Below are positions 27,647-37,408 of a stretch of DNA of 64,000 bases, piece after piece. The notes beneath the pieces are model-generated. The model ran no database searches and had not been told where the DNA came from. It was given only the letters and a program-made list of their open reading frames with translations. This DNA comes from a virus. Lineage: Duplodnaviria; Caudoviricetes. The position numbers and the translations under genes were made by a program. Position 1 is the first letter of the stretch; every line of letters begins with the position of its first letter. The stretch is from IMG/VR virus record IMGVR_UViG_3300036964_000424, positions 36,290 through 100,289 of that record; one strand, written 5' to 3'.

Positions 27647-28282
27647 CTAGCTATAAGGAGAATTAGACGGTACAAAATCAGAAGTCCAGGCTGCCCCTTC
27701 AACTATTCTAAATTCATCCACACTTAATTTTCTCATTTCCCAGTTTTGCGAATAGCACCAGCATAATTCATGCTTTGTGGCATCATTTGGCATAGGCATA
27801 ACTTTTTCTGCGACTTTTTCCCCGTTTATAAACAAATAATATGATGTTGCTTTGTGGACAAGCGCCACATGCGTCCAATTCGTTGTATCAATCGCGGATG
27901 ACATTTCATTCCCAGAGGTATGATTTATAAAACATGATAATTTGCTATTGGTGACATTGAATAAGACATTACCGGTGTTATAAAGGTAGACGACACTCTT
28001 AGTAATGCCCATTATCCAACAGTCTATGGTAAAGTCTCCTTCTGTTAGATCAAAAAAACTATCATCGCCTGTATATTCAAGATAGTTTTCTTTGCCCCTC
28101 GTTGCAATTTGTGTCTGATAATAACCATTGAATTTACCGCCACTTGTATTGATAAGCGGATAGCCTCCATAAGTATGAAGTGTCCAGTTTCCTCCCATGG
28201 CATCGGAAAAATCCGAATCAAAGTGAAATAGTGCCTTAGTGCGTAAAGATGGCATCCTTCGCCCATTTGTTTCAATAATCAT
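27647..28282 (-). CDS. LamG/concanavalin A-like domain tail protein
   Basis: LFHFD, GDFTIDCWI, WTHVALV..YLFING, VDEFRI. Confidence 0.8.
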   Translation of the reverse strand: MIIETNGRRMPSLRTKALFHFDSDFSDAMGGNWTLHTYGGYPLINTSGGKFNGYYQTQIATRGKENYLEYTGDDSFFDLTEGDFTIDCWIMGITKSVVYLYNTGNVLFNVTNSKLSCFINHTSGNEMSSAIDTTNWTHVALVHKATSYYLFINGEKVAEKVMPMPNDATKHELCWCYSQNWEMRKLSVDEFRIVEGAAWTSDFVPSNSPYS

Positions 28283-28326
28283 ATCTATTCATTCCTTTTC
28301 TTAAATTATCCCCTTTTTTTGCCTAA

Positions 28327-30645
28327 TTATACAATAAACATTATATTTAGTGCTATATCTACTATAGGAGAGGCAGAAGAAGTATAATTAAATGTTAAAC
28401 TATCTGTACCCTGTGCAGTGCAATATACATCTGCATTGTAGAATGCATCTCTATTTGTTATGGTAGATGGTTCCGGCCCATATTGTACTATAGCTGAAGA
28501 AGTCATGTTATTCACTGTTACCGTTTGAGCTTTTGTAACCCAGCTTCCTGAAGATAGCACAACTTGCTGAGTATAGATATTTTTCGAAGCCATATTACTG
28601 CCAATAGATTTCCATCCTGACCAAACGGATGATGCTCCAACATATCTTTCTCTGACCCACGTTCTACCAGATGAATGAGACGTTGTAGAAACTGTTATTT
28701 CTTGTGCTATTTGCATTATAAAATGATCCGTATAAAAATTGACAATTTGTAACCATCCTTCAGCTGGTACTGTCCCATGCCCACTTTTTGAAATTGCCAC
28801 CGTATAATTATAAGTAAAAGTATCATCTATGTTCAAAGTATTTAAACTTTTGTTTTGAAATAGATTTTTATCTGTTGTCGCGCCAGTACCACCATTAGCA
28901 ACTGGCACAGGGCTATTTATTGTTGCCATGCTTCCCAACCCAAGATTATTTCTAGCGTCACTTGCAGTTGTTGCTCCTGTACCGCCATTTGGAATAGGTA
29001 CAGCCCCCGTTAAATTAGTTCCAGAAATTTTGCTTGATCCGTCCGATCCAGTATGCGCATGGGCAAAAAAGGATGTAAATAATTTCTTTATTTTCCCGAA
29101 TAAAACCGATAAGTTTTCACCGCTATTTATATTTAATAAAGTACCGGCTTCTATAAAAGCTACTGAACCGCTGCTAATATCTTCTCCTTTTAGCATAAAG
29201 GCACTAGCGTGATAATTGTCTAAAGTATCTGCATTTGCTGTTGTTACAACCGTTACCATATATTTAGCAGTAATAAGATCCCCTGCTACTGGAGCACTAA
29301 GAAAAGTGAAAGTGCCATTTGCAGGCGATGTTTCTTCCCAATCTTCTAATGCCCCTTGTGTTTGCAACTGTCCATTTAAATATACTTCTAAACTTCCGCT
29401 TGCATATTTCCCTTGGGATACGGTAAATGTTTTATTTACTCCATTTATCAAACCTGAAATTGCCCCATAAGTATCACCGGTGCCGCCAGTTTGATCAATA
29501 AAGAAACTATTAGATGACGGAATAGAATTTATTTTTACGGTTCCTGCTAATGTATCCCTTGTAATTGTAACATTACTCCCGCTTGTAAGTACTAATCCGT
29601 TTTGCAAATTAGGGTCTACCCCCAATAGTACATAGCTAGCAGTTGAAGGAGCAATAGATGAAGCGGCTACCGCTGTTCCTATAGTTACAGTAGATGCATT
29701 TGCATTTTCTGCAATTGTTATATTTTCTCCCGCAGTTAATAACCACTCACCTGTTATATTCGGGTGCAATGCTAGCATTACATAACTTCCACTGTTTGCC
29801 ACAGAAGAAGCCGATACCAGTGTATCGATAGTAATAGTAGAAGCGTTTGAATTTGTGGTAAATATTATATTACTTCCTGCAGTTAATAGCCATTCATTAT
29901 GCAAATCTGAATTTAGCCCTAATACGACATAGCTCCCTGTCGAAGGGGCAACTATTGAAGCTGATACTACATCGTATACAGATATTCCACTATCAGTTAT
30001 TACGCCGGAAGAACTTATAACAAGAAAATTGCCAACTTCCCCAGTAGCATATATTGTTGACGATGAAATAATTGAAGTTTTTGTTAATACGGAAGATGAA
30101 CTTATTCCGCTATCAATCAGTATACTGCAACCACTAATCATAGTAAAATTATTACTATTACCTGGTACAGTAATCTGTTCACCGGAGGATGATCCCATCC
30201 ATACCCACGATAAACCGTCATATACAAAAGATTGCGGCTTATTTTTAACTAGTTCCTTGCCTGTAAAATTTATTTTATTTCCATTTACATCAATTTTATT
30301 GAGCGCTTTAGTTCCTAAAGAATTTATATTTAATGTAACTGCGCCATCATTAGTTTTATCTAATATTAGGGTTATTTGCATATCTTTTTTATAAGCCGAT
30401 ATTGCAGACGCCGAAGAGGCATAAAAATTTTCACTAACATAAGAAGCAGAAACAATATTAACTCCAGAATATTGCGCAATTGAAGTTATAGATCCACTAA
30501 CAGATTCAGCCCAAGAATCTATAATACCCATATTAGACATGGGGCTGTTACCCGCTAAATCTTCCCTGAATGTTTGAAATAGCGCACTAGCATCTGTTAC
30601 AGCGTCATACATTTTTAATTTTAAATGATCAGTTGGAGTTGTCAT
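28327..30645 (-). CDS. Tail fibre protein with internal repeats
   Basis: N.GA.TLNIN.LG.K fibre motif, three ~50-aa SYV.L...LT.G.N repeats, two VP..NGGTGATT repeats, WSGW; Ser/Thr-rich. Confidence 0.8.
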   Translation of the reverse strand: MTTPTDHLKLKMYDAVTDASALFQTFREDLAGNSPMSNMGIIDSWAESVSGSITSIAQYSGVNIVSASYVSENFYASSASAISAYKKDMQITLILDKTNDGAVTLNINSLGTKALNKIDVNGNKINFTGKELVKNKPQSFVYDGLSWVWMGSSSGEQITVPGNSNNFTMISGCSILIDSGISSSSVLTKTSIISSSTIYATGEVGNFLVISSSGVITDSGISVYDVVSASIVAPSTGSYVVLGLNSDLHNEWLLTAGSNIIFTTNSNASTITIDTLVSASSVANSGSYVMLALHPNITGEWLLTAGENITIAENANASTVTIGTAVAASSIAPSTASYVLLGVDPNLQNGLVLTSGSNVTITRDTLAGTVKINSIPSSNSFFIDQTGGTGDTYGAISGLINGVNKTFTVSQGKYASGSLEVYLNGQLQTQGALEDWEETSPANGTFTFLSAPVAGDLITAKYMVTVVTTANADTLDNYHASAFMLKGEDISSGSVAFIEAGTLLNINSGENLSVLFGKIKKLFTSFFAHAHTGSDGSSKISGTNLTGAVPIPNGGTGATTASDARNNLGLGSMATINSPVPVANGGTGATTDKNLFQNKSLNTLNIDDTFTYNYTVAISKSGHGTVPAEGWLQIVNFYTDHFIMQIAQEITVSTTSHSSGRTWVRERYVGASSVWSGWKSIGSNMASKNIYTQQVVLSSGSWVTKAQTVTVNNMTSSAIVQYGPEPSTITNRDAFYNADVYCTAQGTDSLTFNYTSSASPIVDIALNIMFIV

Positions 30646-30700
30646 TAGGCATCATCCCGTTGTAATTTAAAATTTTTTATATCCATTTTATTTACCTCCC

Positions 30701-31741
30701 TTATACCACATATATAACGTTAACATCAATATCGGATATTGGAGATGCTGATGCATATTTAAAAGTTAAAGATCCAGAAGATTTACTATAGCAAAAAATA
30801 TCAGCACTCGCATAGTTAGAGCGATTTATCAATGTTGGTACAGGTTGGCATATAACAATTGCACTGGCGGTCATATTACTAATACTTACTACTTGTGAAG
30901 CGCTTGTCCAACTGCCAGAATACAAGGTAATATCTGTTGAATATATCGACACAACATCAAACATAGAAATTCCACTATCGGACATAATAGCATCATCGCC
31001 GCTACCGCTTATCATCAAAAAATTGCCATTATCCCCATAAGCAGGAATTGCTGATGCGGATACAAAATCATAAGTAGAAATCTCGCTGTCCGCTATACTT
31101 GAATATTCTCCCGACCCACTAATCATTAGCAAATTCCCATCTGTCCCGTAGGCAGTAATGGATGATGCCGAAATGTGGCTTAAAGCTATAGATGAAGTAG
31201 ATATTTCGCTATCAACTAAAACCCCGCATGGCGAAATCATAATTAAATTACTACTGTTTCCATTAATGCTAATTTGATCAGCAATATTTGCAGAAACTAG
31301 TACCCATGATGTTCCATTATATCTAAAAATATATTCTTTATATTTTTTTAATTCGCCATTTTCAAAATCGATCAAATTCCCTTCAAAGTTATATTTTTTA
31401 AGATATTTAGACCCAAAAGAGTTAATATTTAAAGCGACTGCACCGGTATTAGTCTCATTTAAAGTTAAAGAAATAAAAGCATTAGGATAATAGCCTTTTA
31501 ACTGTCCGGCAGTTGCTTCATAATAATTTGCACTAATATACATTGCCGCTACATGGATTAGTCTTGTCTCCATTAAAGAAACTAATGATGCACTAATATT
31601 TCCTGCCCATGTATCAATTATATTCATATTAGAAGTAGGAGAAATACCCGCCTGATCAGAACGGTATGCCAAAAATGTAGCACTTCCATCTGTTGTACTA
31701 TTGTATGTTTTTAAATTCAAATTAGGTGTATTCGAAGGCAT
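30701..31741 (-). CDS. Tail fibre protein, paralogue of 28327-30645
   Basis: Shares N-terminal (L.LK.Y...TD.SA.F) and C-terminal (SGSW..Q.V...NMT.SAIV..SLTF.Y.SASPI.DI) modules; three G..N..MIS..G..DS.IS repeats. Confidence 0.75.
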   Translation of the reverse strand: MPSNTPNLNLKTYNSTTDGSATFLAYRSDQAGISPTSNMNIIDTWAGNISASLVSLMETRLIHVAAMYISANYYEATAGQLKGYYPNAFISLTLNETNTGAVALNINSFGSKYLKKYNFEGNLIDFENGELKKYKEYIFRYNGTSWVLVSANIADQISINGNSSNLIMISPCGVLVDSEISTSSIALSHISASSITAYGTDGNLLMISGSGEYSSIADSEISTYDFVSASAIPAYGDNGNFLMISGSGDDAIMSDSGISMFDVVSIYSTDITLYSGSWTSASQVVSISNMTASAIVICQPVPTLINRSNYASADIFCYSKSSGSLTFKYASASPISDIDVNVIYVV

Positions 31742-31757
31742 AGAATATTTATCCTTT

Positions 31758-32255
31758 CTAATAGATTATACTATCTAAATCTTTTAATGACTGAGAATCC
31801 ATAACCGCTAATGTTTTCCCATCATGTTCCCACAATTGATAAAATTTACCCATAGTAGGATTAGAAACAAATCTTATTCGCGGAATAATTATATCTGTTG
31901 GTTCTAATTTGTATATAACTTTCAAGCTAACTGCTATAAGCATTTTGGGAATTTTAAAAGTATTTGTAATATTCAAAAGTTGTTTCATAATGAAGGAAAA
32001 CGCTGGGCTTTTTATTCTCAAATTTAATATGCATTTCAAAATAAATTTTAATAATAAATTATTAACCGATATTTTTGTTTTAGGTATTTTATTATTAATA
32101 AATATTCTTAATGTTACAATTGGAGATAATATTAACATTCTAAAATATTGTCTAAAATTTATTCTCCAACTTGCTGATACTTTTAGCCCGAAAATTGTTA
32201 ATTCAAAATTATGCTTATTCTTTATAAAAGTAATAAAGGAGTGCTGTTGAGACAT
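31758..32255 (-). CDS. Hypothetical tail-region protein
   Basis: GGGAG RBS, in operon; C-terminal HD.KTL..MD..SL.DLD. Confidence 0.6.
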   Translation of the reverse strand: MSQQHSFITFIKNKHNFELTIFGLKVSASWRINFRQYFRMLILSPIVTLRIFINNKIPKTKISVNNLLLKFILKCILNLRIKSPAFSFIMKQLLNITNTFKIPKMLIAVSLKVIYKLEPTDIIIPRIRFVSNPTMGKFYQLWEHDGKTLAVMDSQSLKDLDSIIY

Positions 32256-32267
32256 AAGAACTCCCTC

Positions 32268-32684
32268 TTAAGCGTTAGTCATGCTTACAGTAATTGCCCC
32301 TATTGCGAATTGTACTGTTGTAGATGTTTGAACGGTTTTTGGAACAGACAATGCTTCAAAATACCATATATCCGCCGCTCCCACTGTTGCACTAGCGGCT
32401 AAAAACACATGCGTTATTGTACCCCACGAAGCAGTACTTTCGGGAAAAGTTATTGCAGTAGAATTACTAAGAGATGCCGCAGATGCTGTGCGCCAATTTG
32501 TTTTATTATTAACAATAGGAATTCGTGCATATGCTGTTGAAGTTGATGGCTCAGTAGCCCCAGTGCCATCAGGCTGAATTTGTGTTGTACTTAATCCCAT
32601 ATACATTGTGGATAAGTTTGAAAAAGCAATCGATCCAAATAAATAATCTAGAACTTTATTTGCCGTTGTTGTAGTAATTGCCAT
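32268..32684 (-). CDS. Small tail/baseplate structural protein
   Basis: ANKVLDYLFG, Y.GLST..P...G..EP....YAR, N..AITFP.....WGTITH. Confidence 0.7.
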   Translation of the reverse strand: MAITTTTANKVLDYLFGSIAFSNLSTMYMGLSTTQIQPDGTGATEPSTSTAYARIPIVNNKTNWRTASAASLSNSTAITFPESTASWGTITHVFLAASATVGAADIWYFEALSVPKTVQTSTTVQFAIGAITVSMTNA

Positions 32685-32704
32685 ATTATTATTCTCCTTT
32701 CAAA

Positions 32705-33067
32705 TTACGCCGATGCGTTACGCGATAAAATTACGAGCACGCCCTGCGAAGGTCGATATTCTTTCCCATCATAATCCAAAATAACAGGCTGATGGGTAAA
32801 CTTTCCTTGTAAATTTTGAGTGCTACTACCAGAAATAGTAACTCTAAACTGATTTGTTACAGATCCTGATTGCACTCCATTAATTGTCAATGTTGCATAT
32901 TGAGGATTTCCATATGGACTCATTACCCAATAGCAAGTAGTATTCGATAAGTCTAACGGGGCACTAGCACTATCATATACATCGAATGTTAATTCCTGAA
33001 GAGTTCCCCCAATAAACTGAAATGGTTCTAATGTATATGCTGATAAGCATTCAAAAGGATTTGACAA
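32705..33067 (-). CDS. BppU-like baseplate upper protein
   Basis: G....L.F.VYD....PLDL, V.I....TQ.L.GKF..Q; downstream of Tal. Confidence 0.55.
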   Translation of the reverse strand: MSNPFECLSAYTLEPFQFIGGTLQELTFDVYDSASAPLDLSNTTCYWVMSPYGNPQYATLTINGVQSGSVTNQFRVTISGSSTQNLQGKFTHQPVILDYDGKEYRPSQGVLVILSRNASA

Positions 33068-33068
33068 A

Positions 33069-33275
33069 TTACCCTCCTTTTTTTGTTTCTTTATTTACTT
33101 CAATAGGCTGTTCTAATTTTTCTTTTTGCTCTTGCAAATCCTTTATAACTTGCTCTAACCTTGCAAAAGCATTAGCTAATGCATATGCATTGTTTGCACC
33201 TGCTATAGTTAATTGATTTAATAAATTATATATTTCTTCTAACCTTTGTTTCTGACTATCATCGATAGTATACAT
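33069..33275 (-). CDS. Hypothetical coiled-coil protein
   Basis: AGGAGA RBS, 68 aa. Confidence 0.6.
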   Translation of the reverse strand: MYTIDDSQKQRLEEIYNLLNQLTIAGANNAYALANAFARLEQVIKDLQEQKEKLEQPIEVNKETKKGG

Positions 33276-33338
33276 TCTGTAGATTTCTCCTTTTTTTTAA
33301 TATCTTTATTAAAATTATTTTTAATAGTATAAATATAT

Positions 33339-36300
33339 TTAACCACCATAAGATGATGCATATAATATTCCATACCTAAAATAAAGCGTATATTTTGACC
33401 CGCCAGGAGTTGCCAAAGTAAAAATACCTGTTACTCCTGCGCTTCCACCTGTATATACTGAATTATTTATATCTATTCTTTGAAAAGATGATGTGCCCGA
33501 AGATGTTATATTTGAATAAACCCTGTCAGTTACCGTAATAGATCCATCATAATAATTAGTTATATATCCTTTACTATTAACCCAATTTCGTGTTGCAACT
33601 TCGAAATAATTAGTTCCATCAAATGTATAGAATGTACCTCGTGTAGTAATATTCCCCGCACTATAAATAGTACCGTTCCCTGTCAATGTACCACAAGTTA
33701 ATGCCGCAGTCCCGCTAGTTCCAACCTTAAGGTTATAAGCTGTAATAACTGATTGCCCGCTATATGTATTCAACTTTATATCCGTATTAGAGTTTATTCT
33801 AAGCGAGCTATCATCCCAAGATATATTCTGGGCATTATCATTATAATTCACAAGCTGTGTAGCACTTATTCTACTCGATACATCTAATGTGCCAGTAACT
33901 TTTGAATTACTAGCCAAGGAAATATAATAAGGCGCCCCTCCAGATGCAATAGTTACATATTTATCAGTAATTATTGCAGTAGAAGCTGTCCCCATTAGTA
34001 AATAAGCATTTGGATTTACAGGGCTTATGAGCCTTCCATCCGCCGACAATATTCTAGAAGATGGGAAAGTGCCACTCGTAATTTTGCTAGCCGGCAAATC
34101 CCCGATTTGGGATTCCGCAATTGCTCCAGATATTTTACTGGCAACTAATGAACTAATTTGATCACTAGTTAAATATCCATTAATTTTATCCGCATATATT
34201 GTTCCGCCGAAAGTTGCCGATGTGGGAGTAATAGTCAATAAACCAAGCCTAATATAGCCATCGCTCCTGATATAATTTGGCGTAGCTAAATTATCTTGTA
34301 ATCTGTCAGATAAAATATTCCATCCACCAATTTGGCCTGAACTTGCAGTTATCTTCCCTACCAACGTTATATTTCCGGAGGAATCTAGAGATAATTGATC
34401 AGTCCATGTTCCTCCTATATTTTTTTGTATTTTTATGCCATTATTGGGATCTAAGAATATCTTATTATTTCCGGAAGATGTTGTTAAAGATAATGTAGCA
34501 TTTGTTAATGTAGCCCCGCTACTATCAAAGAGGAAAGAATTAGTTTCATTGGTCATATAAAGGTTATTGCCAATTAGCATTTTTCCTACTAGTGCATCAC
34601 CTACTACTCCAAAATATTTAATTCCATTGACAGTAACTTCGCCTAAAGCTAATTTAGATGTTTGCCAATTATTATTTGTAAAACAAATAATCCCATTATT
34701 CATCCATAATTGTTTGGGATCATAAACAGCAGGAGAATTTATAGTACTGGCACTTATTAAATTTCTAACTCTAATGCCTGTTTGGTCTATCAATACATTC
34801 TGGGAACTTCCGCTTATGACAGCATTTTTGGCTGCATCTAAACTCGATTCTATAAATTGACTAACATCATCTTGATAGTTTTTTGTCCAGCTAGACCATT
34901 GTTCAGAATTGAATTTTGTAGAAATTGCAGCATTATTACTATTATTTAATAAATCACTAAGCTGAAATCCGCTATTGTCTAATCTCAGTCTATTAGAAAA
35001 TGTAATATTGAAATCTGAAGGATCGTCATAGTTTATTTGAATTTCTAATAATGCCGGATATACATAAGTATGGCTTCCAGAAGAAGAAACATAATCTTCC
35101 TCATAAATATTCGATCCACCGCCTAAATCTAAAGTAACTATAGTTCCTAATTCTAGTTGATTTATGAAAACTTGATACTCTTGCAAAGCTAGGAAATTTA
35201 CAGAATTTATTGTAAATTCATATCGTGGTTGCGATATTTTAGCTAATACCTCAACTGCTTGATCATATAATTCCTGTGCTTGTTCTTGAATTTCCGCATT
35301 AGTCATAATAGCTGTTTGTATAAAGTTTTCATTCGTATAAGTAGATCCGAACATGAAATGAGATAGTTCGATCTTAGCCGCTTCTGAAAAATTAGTATCA
35401 AAACTTAGCGCAGTATTTATGTCTTTAAGAATAGCAGTAACCCCTGCAATTTGAGATTCTGTCAAACTTATAGCATAGGTTTTGTTATTTATTTCCAACT
35501 GTTTAGCCGAAAGTTGATTATTAATATCACTAATATCCAATCCTTGGGCTATTCTTGCAATTTTTATATTTTCTAAAGATTTATATTCTGACTGTAGATC
35601 AACTAATTCGGACTTTTGCGTTATTAATGTTTCATTATAATCTTGCAAATTAGTAAGATATGAAGCATAATTTGCTTGATTCGCGGCTACTAATGCTTCC
35701 CAATTGTTTAATGCCGTTATTAAAGATCCAGACATCCAGTTTGTATTCTCATAATAGGAGAAATCATAGATAGTATTAGTGCCTAAAGGATTTACAGAAT
35801 TTATAGAAAGATCGCCGCCTCCAACTACAGTTAAACTAGTAATGAGTTCGTCGGTAATTTCTTTTACTTCTACTTCTTTTATTAAATTATCATATGATAT
35901 AAATATATCCGAATTAGTCGTTGCATTTTCTACTGTATAAGCCGATATCGTTTTATTCAATGTATCAAATTTAAATATACATTGATAAGCTTCCGTAACA
36001 TCATTTAATAAAAAAGCGTACAATGTTGTATCATCGACATTAAAAGTTCTATATAATAATGCCAATGAAGTATCTACTGTTCCAATGCTCCAGTCAGGAA
36101 GATATTCTAAAATAATATTTAATAAGCCTGGGTTTTCTGATGTTCCTAGCGCATCATAAAATTGATATGTACCTTCAAAAGAAGTAATTTTTTTATAATT
36201 CATTATTGATTCTAAAGATTGGCATCTTACTTCTTTATATTTTTTTACGCCGTCCCCTATTTCAGTTACTTCGGTAATAAGAAAGCACATAATACCATCT

Positions 36301-36521
36301 ATTAGCACTAGCCTTTTAGGCTGTATTAAAGAATAATAAGGAGTTTCTACACCATTAATCATATAAGGGGCAATAAATTCCAATGTCGATAAAGCATTAA
36401 ATTTATAGCTAACTTTCCTGTCATAGACAGTGCCGAGAACCAATAATTGATCGCCAGACGGATTGCACAAGATTAGTGTAACATCATCTGCTTGCCCATA
36501 ATAATTAAAATTAGTTATCAA
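33339..36521 (-). CDS. Tail spike / baseplate hub (Tal-like) protein
   Basis: Follows Dit; L.L.NP, S.LEF, GGGDL.I.SVNP.GTN.IYDFSYY, central coiled coil, C-terminal beta-rich repeats (SGQIGGW.I). Confidence 0.8.
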   Translation of the reverse strand: MITNFNYYGQADDVTLILCNPSGDQLLVLGTVYDRKVSYKFNALSTLEFIAPYMINGVETPYYSLIQPKRLVLIDGIMCFLITEVTEIGDGVKKYKEVRCQSLESIMNYKKITSFEGTYQFYDALGTSENPGLLNIILEYLPDWSIGTVDTSLALLYRTFNVDDTTLYAFLLNDVTEAYQCIFKFDTLNKTISAYTVENATTNSDIFISYDNLIKEVEVKEITDELITSLTVVGGGDLSINSVNPLGTNTIYDFSYYENTNWMSGSLITALNNWEALVAANQANYASYLTNLQDYNETLITQKSELVDLQSEYKSLENIKIARIAQGLDISDINNQLSAKQLEINNKTYAISLTESQIAGVTAILKDINTALSFDTNFSEAAKIELSHFMFGSTYTNENFIQTAIMTNAEIQEQAQELYDQAVEVLAKISQPRYEFTINSVNFLALQEYQVFINQLELGTIVTLDLGGGSNIYEEDYVSSSGSHTYVYPALLEIQINYDDPSDFNITFSNRLRLDNSGFQLSDLLNNSNNAAISTKFNSEQWSSWTKNYQDDVSQFIESSLDAAKNAVISGSSQNVLIDQTGIRVRNLISASTINSPAVYDPKQLWMNNGIICFTNNNWQTSKLALGEVTVNGIKYFGVVGDALVGKMLIGNNLYMTNETNSFLFDSSGATLTNATLSLTTSSGNNKIFLDPNNGIKIQKNIGGTWTDQLSLDSSGNITLVGKITASSGQIGGWNILSDRLQDNLATPNYIRSDGYIRLGLLTITPTSATFGGTIYADKINGYLTSDQISSLVASKISGAIAESQIGDLPASKITSGTFPSSRILSADGRLISPVNPNAYLLMGTASTAIITDKYVTIASGGAPYYISLASNSKVTGTLDVSSRISATQLVNYNDNAQNISWDDSSLRINSNTDIKLNTYSGQSVITAYNLKVGTSGTAALTCGTLTGNGTIYSAGNITTRGTFYTFDGTNYFEVATRNWVNSKGYITNYYDGSITVTDRVYSNITSSGTSSFQRIDINNSVYTGGSAGVTGIFTLATPGGSKYTLYFRYGILYASSYGG

Positions 36522-36560
36522 TTATTCTCTCCTTTCAAAATAAAATATGAAACATAGTAT

Positions 36561-37361
36561 CTAAGCCCCTATTTTTCTAGCAAAGCTATATGTTAATTTC
36601 AGGGTTCCTATAGCTGAAATAACGTGAATCCTATTATTTCCTTCTATAAATCTAAGCCATTTTTTATTAAAATAATTCAATCGCAATAATCCTGTGCTGG
36701 ATACAATGGTTTTCAAGGAATTATCAACAATAATATGTTCATTAGGGGATATTCCCGAAAAAATAAACGGAGGTTCCCCTGTTGTTGTATTTTCTATACT
36801 AATACTATTCCCAATATTATTCAAAGTGAAATCAACTATTGGATATAAATATTCATTAGAATCAGAACTATTATAAAAATCAAAATAAAAATTTCTAATT
36901 TGATCGCCTGTAAAAGTATAGGTAATTGTTTTAGGATATTCCCACGCCCAAGGTGAATCACACCTAAAATGCAATTTTAATCCTCTATTAACATTCCCAA
37001 CATACAATGTTTTGGCACTAGTACAAATAGCATTAAAATAGACATTAGATATATCATCTTCGCATATCTGTAATTTTTTGAAATTTCCTCTTCCTAATAG
37101 CCATTGCGATATTTTGCCACGATCAAATCCTGGGATTGGATCATAGCTTCCAACCGATAAATCAAATTCTAATGGCGTATTCATAATATTGCCATAATGA
37201 TAGCTTTTGGATCTTCTATATACCCATTCTTCGATTGGCTCCACTACACTACCTGCTTCTGATTCGTTATATCCGCCGGATGTTTCAAAATCTAATATAT
37301 ATAAACCATAAACTTCACTGGGGGTATTATCGTATATAAAAGTTTTACCATAAAAGCTCAT
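36561..37361 (-). CDS. Distal tail protein (Dit)
   Basis: Directly after the tape measure gene; F.YD..S..YGL, F.CDSPWAW, WLRF..G.N.I. Confidence 0.82.
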   Translation of the reverse strand: MSFYGKTFIYDNTPSEVYGLYILDFETSGGYNESEAGSVVEPIEEWVYRRSKSYHYGNIMNTPLEFDLSVGSYDPIPGFDRGKISQWLLGRGNFKKLQICEDDISNVYFNAICTSAKTLYVGNVNRGLKLHFRCDSPWAWEYPKTITYTFTGDQIRNFYFDFYNSSDSNEYLYPIVDFTLNNIGNSISIENTTTGEPPFIFSGISPNEHIIVDNSLKTIVSSTGLLRLNYFNKKWLRFIEGNNRIHVISAIGTLKLTYSFARKIGA

Positions 37362-37378
37362 ATACCTCCTTTATTATA

Positions 37379-37404
37379 AATAGGGCTGGATTACCAGCCC
37401 TATT
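37379..37404 (-). terminator. Hairpin/terminator after the tape measure gene
   Basis: AATAGGGCTGG-ATTA-CCAGCCCTATT. Confidence 0.65.
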
Positions 37405-37408
37405 ATTC

